This document shows, one piece after another, positions 8,858-18,017 of a stretch of 43,096 nt of DNA; within the stretch, counting starts at the first letter, position 1; each line of letters starts with the position of its first letter. The position numbers and the translations under genes are program-made. A model generated the notes under the pieces. The model searched no databases. It was not told the origin of the DNA and saw nothing but the letters and a program-made list of their open reading frames with translations. Where the stretch lies: the sequence record SRR20825006_1115; one strand, written 5' to 3'.

Positions 8858-11800
8858 ATGGATGATCTGTTAAACGAATTTCTGACCGAGACTGGTGAAA
8901 GCATCGACGTGGTTGACGTCGAGCTGGTCAAGCTTGAGCAAGACCCTAACAACAAGGAAGTTCTCGATAACATCTTCCGCCTTGTTCACACCATCAAGGG
9001 TACCTGTGGTTTCCTTGGTTTACCTCGGTTGGAATCGGTTGCGCACGCATCCGAGAACGTTCTGGGCAAGTTCAGGGATGGCGAGCTGCAAGTTTCCGAG
9101 CATGCGGTGACGGTCATTCTTGAGAGCCTTGACCGGATTAAGGAGATTCTGGCGGGCCTTGAGGCGACGGAAGAGGAGCCAGAAGGCGACGATACGGACC
9201 TGATCGCACGGCTGGATGCCATCGCGGAAGGGGCGCTTGCCGCACCAGACCCGGAGCCTGACACGGTTGAGGGTGAGATTGTTGACGTGAACCTCGGCCG
9301 TGCGCTGAAGCCGGGTGAGGTATCGCTTGAGGAACTGGAAGCTGCTTTTGCAAATGCCCCCGGCCCTGAAGAAATGGCTGAAGAAGAGCCTGTGGCCGCA
9401 CCAACATCTAGCGGCGCAGGTAAAACCTTATTCGATAGAGTGGGCGGTGAAGATACCTTGGCTGTTGCCGCGCACCTGATTGCCCAGCGGCTTGGGACCG
9501 ATGGCAATCTGTCCAAGTTTTTTGCGAATACAGCGTCTGATTTGCGTAAGGGCCAATTCATGGGCCTGATGATGGCGATCTTCAAGGACGACCTTGATGC
9601 TGCAGATAATGTTGGCCGCCAGCTTGTTTCTGTCTCCGGTTTTACGGACCAGCATTTTGACAAACTGGTCGAGATGATCAAAACCGTGCTTGTTGAATGC
9701 CAGGTGGACGGCGACACGGCTGACGAAGCGGCAATGAGCTTTGAACTGGTGCGTGACGCTGTTGTGAGCGCGGCAAAAGAAATTGCCAAAGCGGAAACCA
9801 ACAAGGCGGGCACGGCGTCTTCCGCTCGGACGCAAGCTGCTGGGCCATCTGCTGCTGCACCAACCGAACAGAAGCGTACTTCCCAATCTATCCGCGTGAG
9901 TGTTGATCTGTTGGAAGACCTGATGAATATGGTCTCTGAGCTGGTGTTGACCCGGAACCAGCTTCTGCAAATTACCCGGAATATGGATAATACCGAGCTT
10001 GGAGTGCCGCTGCAGCGTCTGAGCCAGTGCACCACAGAGCTTCAGGAAAATGTGATGAAAACGCGCATGCAGCCGATTGGCAACGCATGGGCGAAACTGC
10101 CACGCATTGTTCGCGACCTTACGGTAGAACTTGATAAGAAGATCGACCTTGAGATGCTTGGCGCTGACACCGAGCTTGACCGCCAAGTGCTGGAACTTAT
10201 CAAAGACCCGCTTACCCACATGGTCAGAAACTCTGCCGACCACGGCATTGAGACACCAGCTGAGCGGATGGCGGTTGGCAAGTCTGAAAATGGTACGATT
10301 GTGCTGAACGCCTATCACGAAGGCGGGCATATCATTATCGAAATCAAGGATGATGGCCGGGGCATTCCTGTGGCCAAGCTTAGCAAAAAAATTCTTGAGA
10401 AGAAGTTGGCAACCGAGGCTGAGCTTGCGGACATGTCCGACGGCCAGATTCAGAAGTTTATTTTCCACCCTGGGTTTTCGACAGCCGAGAAAATCACCAG
10501 CGTCTCCGGGCGTGGTGTGGGTATGGATGTGGTGCGCTCAAATATCGAGAAGATCGGTGGCACCATCGATATGGTCTCCATCGAGGGCAAAGGCTCCACC
10601 TTCCAGATCAAGATCCCACTCACACTGGCGATCGTTGCTGGCCTGATTGTTAAAGCACAAGACGAACGTTATGCGATCCCGCAAATCAGCGTGCTTGAAC
10701 TGGTGCGGGCGTCGCAAAACTCGGAACACAAGATTGAGACCATCAAGGATACACCTGTCCTGAGGCTCCGGAACCGTTTGCTGCCACTGGTGTACCTGAA
10801 CGAGGTTCTTGGCTTCATGGACCGCGACGAGATCGATGCACGTGAAGATGTTGACGACTTTATCGTCGTTACTCAGGTTGGTGCGTTCACCTTCGGGGTC
10901 GTGGTGGATCAGGTGTTCGATACGGAAGAGATTGTGGTCAAGCCGGTTGCACCGATTTTGAAAGACCTCGAAATCTACTCAGGTAATACGATCCTGGGTG
11001 ATGGGAGTGTGATCATGATCCTCGATCCGAACGGCATCGCTGCCCGCGCCAATTCGGGCGTTGGCGACCACGAACGTGAAGAAGAAGATGCGCGCGAGCA
11101 GGTGCGCCGAACCGCTGAGAGCGAGAAAGAAAGTCTTCTTGTCTTCCGTGCGGGTGGCAAAAATCCAAAAGCAGTTCCGCTTGCACTTGTTGCGCGCCTT
11201 GAGGAAATCGATGTCGATACCATCGAGCTCTCGGACGGTCGCCATATGGTGCAATACCGTGGCGCGTTGATGCCTCTCATCAAGGCGCATCCCGATATGG
11301 AACTTCGCAGCGAGGGGCGCCAACCTGTACTCGTATTCACAGACCGCGAATACACCATGGGCCTGGCTGTCGATGATATCCTTGATATCGTTGAGGAAGA
11401 ACTGAACATCAAGCTCGCGTCTGAGAAGCAAGGCGTTGTGGGCTCTGCCATCATCAGTGGTAAGGCCTCTGAGGTTATTGATGTTTCATACTATCTCAAC
11501 CTAGCGTTTGCTGATTGGCTGAGGTCTCGCAACGTAACGGATGACACAGTGCCGTCTGCAGGAGCCAGCGTTCTTTTGATCGATGATAGTGACTTCTTCC
11601 GCAATATGCTGAAGCCGGTTCTGACGGTGGCGGGGTATCACGTGAAGGCGGTTTCAAGCGCTGCCACTGCACTGAAGCTGATGGAAGACGGTTATACATA
11701 CGACCTGATTGTCTCGGATATCGAAATGCCGGATATGAACGGCTTCGATTTTGCTGCGGCCATTCGGGACGGTAGCAAATGGGAAAACACACCGCTTGTT

Positions 11801-11941
11801 GCTCTGTCGGCTCTAGCAACAGAGCGAGATGTACAGAGAGGGCACGCTGCCGGTTTCGATGACTATATCGCAAAATTTGATAAGCCAACGCTGCTGAGAA
11901 GCCTTGCCCAACAGCTTAAGATCAAAGGAGACGCGGCATGA
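8858..11941 (+). CDS. cheA: Hybrid chemotaxis histidine kinase CheA (Hpt, globin-like insert, dimerisation, HATPase, two CheW domains, REC)
   Basis: Hpt IFRLVHTIKG; SIRVSVDLLE; PLTHMVRNSADHGIE; DDGRG; PGFSTA; SGRGVGMDVV; two CheW-like domains; C-terminal REC (IDDS...SDIEMP). ATG 8858 (MDDLLNEF) preferred over TTG 8852. Confidence 0.97.
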   Translation: MDDLLNEFLTETGESIDVVDVELVKLEQDPNNKEVLDNIFRLVHTIKGTCGFLGLPRLESVAHASENVLGKFRDGELQVSEHAVTVILESLDRIKEILAGLEATEEEPEGDDTDLIARLDAIAEGALAAPDPEPDTVEGEIVDVNLGRALKPGEVSLEELEAAFANAPGPEEMAEEEPVAAPTSSGAGKTLFDRVGGEDTLAVAAHLIAQRLGTDGNLSKFFANTASDLRKGQFMGLMMAIFKDDLDAADNVGRQLVSVSGFTDQHFDKLVEMIKTVLVECQVDGDTADEAAMSFELVRDAVVSAAKEIAKAETNKAGTASSARTQAAGPSAAAPTEQKRTSQSIRVSVDLLEDLMNMVSELVLTRNQLLQITRNMDNTELGVPLQRLSQCTTELQENVMKTRMQPIGNAWAKLPRIVRDLTVELDKKIDLEMLGADTELDRQVLELIKDPLTHMVRNSADHGIETPAERMAVGKSENGTIVLNAYHEGGHIIIEIKDDGRGIPVAKLSKKILEKKLATEAELADMSDGQIQKFIFHPGFSTAEKITSVSGRGVGMDVVRSNIEKIGGTIDMVSIEGKGSTFQIKIPLTLAIVAGLIVKAQDERYAIPQISVLELVRASQNSEHKIETIKDTPVLRLRNRLLPLVYLNEVLGFMDRDEIDAREDVDDFIVVTQVGAFTFGVVVDQVFDTEEIVVKPVAPILKDLEIYSGNTILGDGSVIMILDPNGIAARANSGVGDHEREEEDAREQVRRTAESEKESLLVFRAGGKNPKAVPLALVARLEEIDVDTIELSDGRHMVQYRGALMPLIKAHPDMELRSEGRQPVLVFTDREYTMGLAVDDILDIVEEELNIKLASEKQGVVGSAIISGKASEVIDVSYYLNLAFADWLRSRNVTDDTVPSAGASVLLIDDSDFFRNMLKPVLTVAGYHVKAVSSAATALKLMEDGYTYDLIVSDIEMPDMNGFDFAAAIRDGSKWENTPLVALSALATERDVQRGHAAGFDDYIAKFDKPTLLRSLAQQLKIKGDAA

Positions 11942-12423
11942 ACAACCTTGTTGTCCGTGATGACTTAAGCCTTGTGGCAACCGGCAAGCAGGATTTTGTG
12001 ACTGTGGTTCTTGAGGGGCAAACCCTTGGAATACCGGTTTTGAGCGTGCATGACGTGCTGAACCCGCAACAAATAACCAAGATACCACTTGCGCCAGCGT
12101 GGGTCTCAGGTGTGTTGAATTTGCGCGGCAAGATCGTGACAGCCATCGACCTCAGGCAACGCCTTGGCCTGCCACCACTGGAAGCTGGTAAACAGAGCAT
12201 GTCTGTGGTGGTTGAGCATAAAGAGGAACCCTATAGCCTGCAGATCGACACCGTAGGCGAGGTTCTGTCACTTGACGACGCAGACTTTGAAAGAAACCCG
12301 GTAACGCTTGATCAGCGCTGGCGGGAAGTGAGCCGGGGGATTTATAGGCTCGAAAACAAACTTTTGCCCATTCTGGACGTGGACCGACTTCTTGCCTTTG
12401 AAAGCAGTGGAAAAGCCGCGTAA
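11938..12423 (+). CDS. cheW: Chemotaxis coupling protein CheW
   Basis: IPLAP..V.GVLNLRGKIVTAIDLR, D.VGEV, LDV..L; overlaps the cheA stop. Confidence 0.96.
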   Translation: MNNLVVRDDLSLVATGKQDFVTVVLEGQTLGIPVLSVHDVLNPQQITKIPLAPAWVSGVLNLRGKIVTAIDLRQRLGLPPLEAGKQSMSVVVEHKEEPYSLQIDTVGEVLSLDDADFERNPVTLDQRWREVSRGIYRLENKLLPILDVDRLLAFESSGKAA

Positions 12424-12487
12424 GGTGCAGACTGAACAATAATAGAATAGGTCCACCGAATAAGGTGGAGTAGGGAGACATCAGCAA

Positions 12488-12853
12488 ATGAAGTTATGTC
12501 TTGTGGTTGACGATTCAAAGGTGATCCGGAAGGTCGCGCGGCGCATTCTGGAAGAGCTTAATTTTGACATCGAAGAAGCCGTAGATGGACAGGACGCCCT
12601 GGACGCATGTGACCGTAACATGCCGGACGTTGTGCTTTTGGACTGGAACATGCCGGTTATGGACGGGCTTGAATTCCTGAAGGCCATCCGGGCCCGCGAA
12701 GGCGTTGAGCAGCCGATTGTGGTTTTCTGTACCACTGAAAATGATATGGCGCACATTCGTACCGCCATCGAGGCTGGTGCAAACGAATATATCATGAAGC
12801 CGTTTGACCGTGAGATCATTGAGGCGAAATTCTCCCAAGTTGGGTTGATGTAA
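12488..12853 (+). CDS. cheY: Chemotaxis response regulator CheY
   Basis: Single REC domain (VVDDS, LLDWNMP, CTTE, KPF) within the che operon. Confidence 0.95.
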   Translation: MKLCLVVDDSKVIRKVARRILEELNFDIEEAVDGQDALDACDRNMPDVVLLDWNMPVMDGLEFLKAIRAREGVEQPIVVFCTTENDMAHIRTAIEAGANEYIMKPFDREIIEAKFSQVGLM

Positions 12854-12869
12854 CATAAGGGTACCCCGC

Positions 12870-14159
12870 GTGAATTCTGCGGTTTCAAAAACAACAGCTG
12901 TGCCGGGAAGCGGTGGTCCCTATCGGGTAATGGTGGTGGACGATAGTGCCATTATCCGGGGCTTTTTGTGCCGCTATTTGTCTGAAGATTCTGAAATTGA
13001 TGTTGTGACAACCGCCAATAATGGCGCAGTTGCGCTCAGGCAGTTGCAGGCAAATGATATAGAGGTTGTTGTGCTTGATATCGAGATGCCAGAGATGGAC
13101 GGCCTGACAGCGCTGCCTCAGATGATCAAGATGGTGCCGGACCTTCAGGTTGTGATGGCCTCCACACTGACCCGCAAGAATGCGGAGGTCAGCCTACGCT
13201 CCCTTCAGATGGGGGCAGTGGATTATGTGCCGAAGCCTGAGACAGCGCGTTCCGTTAACGCAAATATCGATTTCCGCCGCGAGCTTGTGGATAAGGTGAA
13301 AGCCTGGGCCTCGCGCCGCCGTAAAAAACGCGGTGAACAATTGCCGGCAAACGCGAGCGACCTTGGCGCGCCAACGGCTGGGACGACAGCTGCAGGGCTT
13401 GCAGCACGTGAAGTCACAGCGCGCAGGCCCGCCGCGCCCACGCCGGGAAGCGGGTTTGTAACGGCACGCAGGCCAGCCGCACCGGTCTCTATCAGTGGTG
13501 CGCGGGTTTCTACTGCACCAGCGACGCCAGCGGTGCCGCTTGAGAAGCAAATCAGCCTGCGCACGGGGTCATTCCGGCGACCAAAAGTTCTTGCTATTGG
13601 CTCATCAACGGGTGGTCCGCAGGCTCTGATGAAGTTTTTTGCGGGATTCAAACGCGCGCCAGACGTGCCGGTGTTGATCACGCAGCATATGCCAGCGACC
13701 TTCACCGCCATTTTGGCTGAACATCTCGCGCAGGCGACGGGCTGGAAAACGCAGGAAGCCACAGACGGCCAGTTCCTTACTGCGGGTGAAATGTATGTTG
13801 CTCCGGGTGGACGCCACATGGAAGTCACTGTTGTTGACGGCAAGGCCTGCATTCGATTGACCGATGAACCGCCTGAGAATTTTTGCCGCCCGGCTGTGGA
13901 CCCGTTGTTTCGCAGCTTGCCAGCGGTATATGGCGAAAATGTTTTGGGCATCATCCTTACCGGGATGGGGCACGACGGTCTGAAGGGTGCGAGAGAATTG
14001 ACACGAACGGGGGGTACGCTGCTGGCACAAGATGAAGCGAGCAGTGTGGTATGGGGTATGCCTGGAGCGGTCGCGACCGCAGGGCTATGTACGGAGGTAC
14101 TTCCTGTTGATAAATTGGGTGAGGCAGCAGCCACGCGGTTGCAAGGAGGAATCAGATGA
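12870..14159 (+). CDS. cheB: Chemotaxis methylesterase CheB (REC plus methylesterase)
   Basis: REC (VVDDS, LDIEMP) and catalytic motifs GSSTGGP, ITQHM, LTGMGHDG, VVWGMP; GTG start. Confidence 0.96.
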   Translation: MNSAVSKTTAVPGSGGPYRVMVVDDSAIIRGFLCRYLSEDSEIDVVTTANNGAVALRQLQANDIEVVVLDIEMPEMDGLTALPQMIKMVPDLQVVMASTLTRKNAEVSLRSLQMGAVDYVPKPETARSVNANIDFRRELVDKVKAWASRRRKKRGEQLPANASDLGAPTAGTTAAGLAAREVTARRPAAPTPGSGFVTARRPAAPVSISGARVSTAPATPAVPLEKQISLRTGSFRRPKVLAIGSSTGGPQALMKFFAGFKRAPDVPVLITQHMPATFTAILAEHLAQATGWKTQEATDGQFLTAGEMYVAPGGRHMEVTVVDGKACIRLTDEPPENFCRPAVDPLFRSLPAVYGENVLGIILTGMGHDGLKGARELTRTGGTLLAQDEASSVVWGMPGAVATAGLCTEVLPVDKLGEAAATRLQGGIR

Positions 14160-14998
14160 AAACTGAAGATTTTGAATTCCTCGCAGGCATGCTCAAAGAG
14201 CGCTCTGGCCTGATGCTCACGCCGGATAAAGTCTATCTTCTTGAAAGCCGGTTGACGCCGCTTGCTCGCAAGCGCGGGCTTGATACGCTTGATGCGCTTG
14301 TGCAGAAGTTGAGAATGAGCCGGGATGACGGCCTGATCCGCGACGTGACCGAAGCAATGACCACGAACGAGTCGTTCTTCTTTCGGGACAACACACCGTT
14401 TGACCTGTTCAAAAACCATGTGTTGCCAGCCATGGAAAAGGGTCGTGCATCACAGAAGCGGCTGCGCATATGGTGTGCTGCCGCATCAACAGGGCAGGAG
14501 CCATACTCGCTTGCGATCCTTCTGCGCGAAAACTGGATGAAATGGCAGGGCTGGAATATAGAGATTGTCGGCACCGACATCTGTACCCAAGTGCTTGAGA
14601 AAGCCAAAGCTGGTACATACAGCCAGTTTGAGGTTCAGCGCGGGCTTCCTATCCAGATGCTGATCAAATATTTCAAGCAGGAAGGCGACACCTGGCGGAT
14701 CAGCGATGACATTCGCAAGATGGTGACCTTCAGGCCATTTAACCTGCTCAGCAACTTTGTTGGAATGGGTTCATTTGACGTGATTTATTGCCGCAACGTG
14801 TTGATCTATTTTGACCAGCCTACCAAGAAGGACGTTCTTGAGCGCATGCGCAAATGCCTTGCGAGCGACGGTACGCTCTTCCTAGGTGCCGCTGAGACAG
14901 TGCTGGGCATAACAGACAGCTTCCGCCCGGTGCGCGGCCAGCGCGGCATGTATGTGCCAAGTGACGGCACAGCAGAAAAAGCCATGGGCCTTGGCTAG
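14156..14998 (+). CDS. cheR: Chemotaxis methyltransferase CheR
   Basis: TTNESFFFRD, RIWCAAASTGQEPYS, GTDI, FDVIYCRNVLIYFD, LGAAE. Confidence 0.97.
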   Translation: MKTEDFEFLAGMLKERSGLMLTPDKVYLLESRLTPLARKRGLDTLDALVQKLRMSRDDGLIRDVTEAMTTNESFFFRDNTPFDLFKNHVLPAMEKGRASQKRLRIWCAAASTGQEPYSLAILLRENWMKWQGWNIEIVGTDICTQVLEKAKAGTYSQFEVQRGLPIQMLIKYFKQEGDTWRISDDIRKMVTFRPFNLLSNFVGMGSFDVIYCRNVLIYFDQPTKKDVLERMRKCLASDGTLFLGAAETVLGITDSFRPVRGQRGMYVPSDGTAEKAMGLG

Positions 14999-15015
14999 AA
15001 CTTATACTGATTGGT

Positions 15016-15050
15016 AAGAAAAAGGCGGCTTGTTGGGCCGCCTTTTTCTT
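15016..15050. terminator. Intrinsic terminator after cheR, probably bidirectional
   Basis: Perfect 14-bp inverted repeat AAGAAAAAGGCGGC-TTGTTGG-GCCGCCTTTTTCTT. Confidence 0.85.
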
Positions 15051-15075
15051 TAAGTATGTCATGCTCTTTCCGCGC

Positions 15076-15107
15076 AAAAAAAAGGCCGCAACACTATGCG
15101 GCCTTTT
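15076..15107 (-). terminator. Intrinsic terminator after ctrA
   Basis: Minus strand reads AAAAGGCCGCA-TAGTGT-TGCGGCC followed by T8, just downstream of the ctrA stop. Confidence 0.85.
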
Positions 15108-15124
15108 GCTGAATTACGAACGCC

Positions 15125-15826
15125 TTAACTGGCGGCGGCTTCGCTTTCTTCCGTTGGGTTCCTCAGCACATAGCCACGCCCCCAAACAGTTTCGATGTAA
15201 TTTTCACCGTCAGAAGCTGTTGCGAGCTTTTTCCTCAGCTTACAGATGAAAACATCGATGATTTTCAGCTCGGGCTCATCAATGCCACCGTAAAGATGAT
15301 TAAGGAACATCTCTTTGGTGAGGGTGCTGCCTTTTCTCAGGGAAAGCAGCTCCAGCATTGCATATTCCTTGCCGGTCAAGTGCACGCGCTGGTTAGCAAC
15401 TTCGACCGTCTTGGTGTCGAGGTTAACGGCCAGTTTGCCGGTCTTGATAATTGACTGTGAATGCCCTTTTGAGCGCCGCACAATGGCGTGGATACGAGCG
15501 ACCAGCTCTTCCTTATGGAAAGGCTTGGTCATATAGTCATCGGCGCCAAAGCCGAGGCCCTTGACCTTATTTTCCATTTCCGTAAGACCGGACAAAATAA
15601 GGATAGGTGTATTGACCTTCGCGGTCCTCAATTTCTTGAGCACATCGTATCCGTGCATATCCGGCAGGTTCAGGTCGAGCAAGATGATGTCGTAATCGTA
15701 AAGCTTACCAAGATCGAGGCCTTCTTCCCCAAGGTCGGTGCTGTATACGTTAAAACCCTCTGCGTTGAGCATCAGCTCAATGCTGCGGGTCATGGTCGGA
15801 TCGTCTTCAATTAATAGAACACGCAT
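15125..15826 (-). CDS. ctrA: Cell-cycle master response regulator CtrA
   Basis: MRVLLIEDD...[64 protein letters not shown] and [12 protein letters not shown]. Confidence 0.98.
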   Translation of the reverse strand: MRVLLIEDDPTMTRSIELMLNAEGFNVYSTDLGEEGLDLGKLYDYDIILLDLNLPDMHGYDVLKKLRTAKVNTPILILSGLTEMENKVKGLGFGADDYMTKPFHKEELVARIHAIVRRSKGHSQSIIKTGKLAVNLDTKTVEVANQRVHLTGKEYAMLELLSLRKGSTLTKEMFLNHLYGGIDEPELKIIDVFICKLRKKLATASDGENYIETVWGRGYVLRNPTEESEAAAS

Positions 15827-15948
15827 TTCTCATCCCCAGGTTAGTGTATATATCCGGCATGAGCCAAACTCTCGGCGTACCTTCTGCCGCCGAAACACAT
15901 CAGATCGCCATCAACGGTGACCCCTCCCGCCCAAGGCGTGTTTCATGG

Positions 15949-15975
15949 TTAATGTTAACTAAGGTTAACAGAATC
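15949..15975. promoter_or_regulatory. Cluster of CtrA half-sites plus a GANTC site in the divergent ctrA/fliI promoter
   Basis: TTAA at 15949, 15955 and 15965 (GTTAAC-TAAG-GTTAAC; TTAA-N6-TTAA), and GAATC at 15971-15975. Confidence 0.55.
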
Positions 15976-16135
15976 TCCAAGGAAAAAACATGGCACAACT
16001 TAAGGGTTTGACTAAAGTGGATGGTCCTTTTACCAATCCTTAAACAGCTTCGTGCATCATGGCGCGGTCATAAGTGTAACCTTGATCCTTCGGCAATGGC
16101 CGGCCTTGGGGGTTGGGCCAGGATACGAGAAAAAC

Positions 16136-17488
16136 GTGCAAAGTCTTATCCAGGAAGTAGAGCGAATTCAGACCGAAAAGCGGTTCGGCAGAGTGACCGG
16201 AGTCCGCGGTTTGCTTGTGGAATTGGCCGGTATTGGTCAGCATATTTCAATCGGCTCCCGGCTCGAGATTGAGACGCGCGGCTACCGTAAAGTGCCGGTC
16301 GAGATTGTAGGCTTTCGCCATGAAACTGCACTCGCCATGCCCTTTGATGCCTTGGAGGGTGTTGGCGTCGGTTGCAAGGTTTCGCTACTGCAAAGCGAGC
16401 CGGTTGTGTTCCCATCCTCCGCGTGGCTTGGCCGGGTCGTGAATGCCCTTGGTGAACCAATTGACGGCAAGGGACCGATTCGCCACGGTACACGGCCGCG
16501 TCTTCTGCGCGCTGGGCCTCCTCCTGCGCATACTCGTCAGCGCGTTGGCGCAAAAATCGACCTTGGCGTTCGTGCACTCAATACATTTGTAAGCTGTTGC
16601 CGTGGCCAGCGGATGGGTATTTTTGCCGGTTCCGGTGTGGGTAAATCCGTTTTGCTTTCAATGGTCGCGCGTCATTCAGATGCCGATATCAGTGTGATTG
16701 GCCTTATCGGTGAGCGGGGACGCGAGGTTCAGGAATTTATTGAAGATGATTTGGGCGAGGATGGTCTTGCTCGTTCCGTCGTCGTGGTGGCAACGTCAGA
16801 TGAAAGTGCGTTGATGCGGCGTCAGGCTGCTCACCTCACCCTTTCACTTGCCGAGTTTTTCCGTGATCGTGGCCAGGATGTCATGTGTCTGATGGATAGC
16901 GTGACCCGGTTTGCGATGGCACAGCGGGAAATTGGGCTTGCAGGCGGCGAGCCGCCAACCAGCAAAGGCTATACGCCAACGGTGTTCACCGAGTTGCCGC
17001 GCCTGCTGGAGCGCGCAGGGCCGGGGCCACGCGGGCAAGGTAATATTACCGGGCTTTTCACAGTGCTTGTGGAAGGCGACGACCATAACGAGCCGGTCGC
17101 TGATGCGGTACGTGGTATTCTTGACGGTCACATCGTGATGGAACGTGCAATCGCGGAACGCGGCCGGTATCCAGCCATTAATATCCTGAAATCTATCTCA
17201 AGGACGATGCCACGCTGTAATTCTGACGAAGAGAACCTTCTGGTGCGTGAAGCCAAGCGTTACATGTCCACCTATACGGATATGGAAGAGATGATCCGCC
17301 TTGGCGCCTACCGTCAGGGCAGCAACCCTGATGTGGATGCCTCCATCGGGTATCATGAGCCTCTGGAAGAATTTCTGGGTCAATGGAAGGATGATAAAAC
17401 CCCGCTTCTTGAGGGCTATCAGCGCTTGCGCCAGATACTTGAGACCGGTCCTGCAGCGCTTGCCCTGCAGGGAGGTGATGACGAATGA
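16136..17488 (+). CDS. fliI: Flagellar export ATPase FliI
   Basis: [59 protein letters not shown] 16136 (VQSLIQEV) chosen over 16052. Confidence 0.96.
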   Translation: MQSLIQEVERIQTEKRFGRVTGVRGLLVELAGIGQHISIGSRLEIETRGYRKVPVEIVGFRHETALAMPFDALEGVGVGCKVSLLQSEPVVFPSSAWLGRVVNALGEPIDGKGPIRHGTRPRLLRAGPPPAHTRQRVGAKIDLGVRALNTFVSCCRGQRMGIFAGSGVGKSVLLSMVARHSDADISVIGLIGERGREVQEFIEDDLGEDGLARSVVVVATSDESALMRRQAAHLTLSLAEFFRDRGQDVMCLMDSVTRFAMAQREIGLAGGEPPTSKGYTPTVFTELPRLLERAGPGPRGQGNITGLFTVLVEGDDHNEPVADAVRGILDGHIVMERAIAERGRYPAINILKSISRTMPRCNSDEENLLVREAKRYMSTYTDMEEMIRLGAYRQGSNPDVDASIGYHEPLEEFLGQWKDDKTPLLEGYQRLRQILETGPAALALQGGDDE

Positions 17489-17934
17489 GCCGCCTTGACG
17501 GAATTATCCGCCTGAGGAAATGGGAGCTAGACGAGCAGCGCCGCCAGCTTGCTGAAATTCAGGCTGAGTGCGATACGATCATCACCGTCATTGATGCGAT
17601 TGAAGAAGAACGTGCACAGCAGGCGCGTGAATACAGCGGCTCTGAGGTTTCAGCACTGACCTATGGTGCCTATCTTGAGGGCTCGCGGCAGAAACAGGCG
17701 ATGTTCACCAAGTTCCTGCGTGAGAAGGAACAGGCGCTTGATGAACACCGCGACAAGGTGGCTGAAAGCTTCCGTGAGCTGAAAACCTTCGAGATCGCGC
17801 GGGAACACGAATATCAGCGCGTTGCTCAGGCTGAAGCCAAGGAAGAACAGAACGCGTTTGACGAGCTTGGTATCCAGAACCACGCACGGGAAGAGGCGAT
17901 GGTGGATTCCAAGTATTTGAAAATGCGGCGCTAA
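17485..17934 (+). CDS. fliJ: Flagellar export chaperone FliJ
   Basis: Coiled-coil protein of about 150 aa overlapping the fliI stop; [17 protein letters not shown] and EQ..FDE motifs. Confidence 0.85.
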   Translation: MSRLDGIIRLRKWELDEQRRQLAEIQAECDTIITVIDAIEEERAQQAREYSGSEVSALTYGAYLEGSRQKQAMFTKFLREKEQALDEHRDKVAESFRELKTFEIAREHEYQRVAQAEAKEEQNAFDELGIQNHAREEAMVDSKYLKMRR

Positions 17935-18017
17935 GTCTCCCGCCCTGACAAAATAATCACTTGATTGATATGCCCGAAGGCCGTCATTCTATTCCTCATT
18001 GAAGGAAGGACAGCATC

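Noticed and set aside
8986-10468. Long minus-strand ORFs (349 and 346 aa) opposite cheA, and similar ones opposite cheB (13223-14419) and mnmA (37924-38850)
   Set aside because: Antisense shadows caused by codon bias, fully overlapping well-supported genes.
12452-12469. Hairpin TCCACC-GAATAA-GGTGGA before the cheY RBS
   Set aside because: Only a 6-bp stem, with no U-tract, and it does not cover the GGGAG RBS; too weak to call.
15991-16006. TGGCAC upstream of fliI as a possible sigma54 promoter
   Set aside because: There is no TTGC/GC at the -12 position (TGGCACAACTTAAGG).
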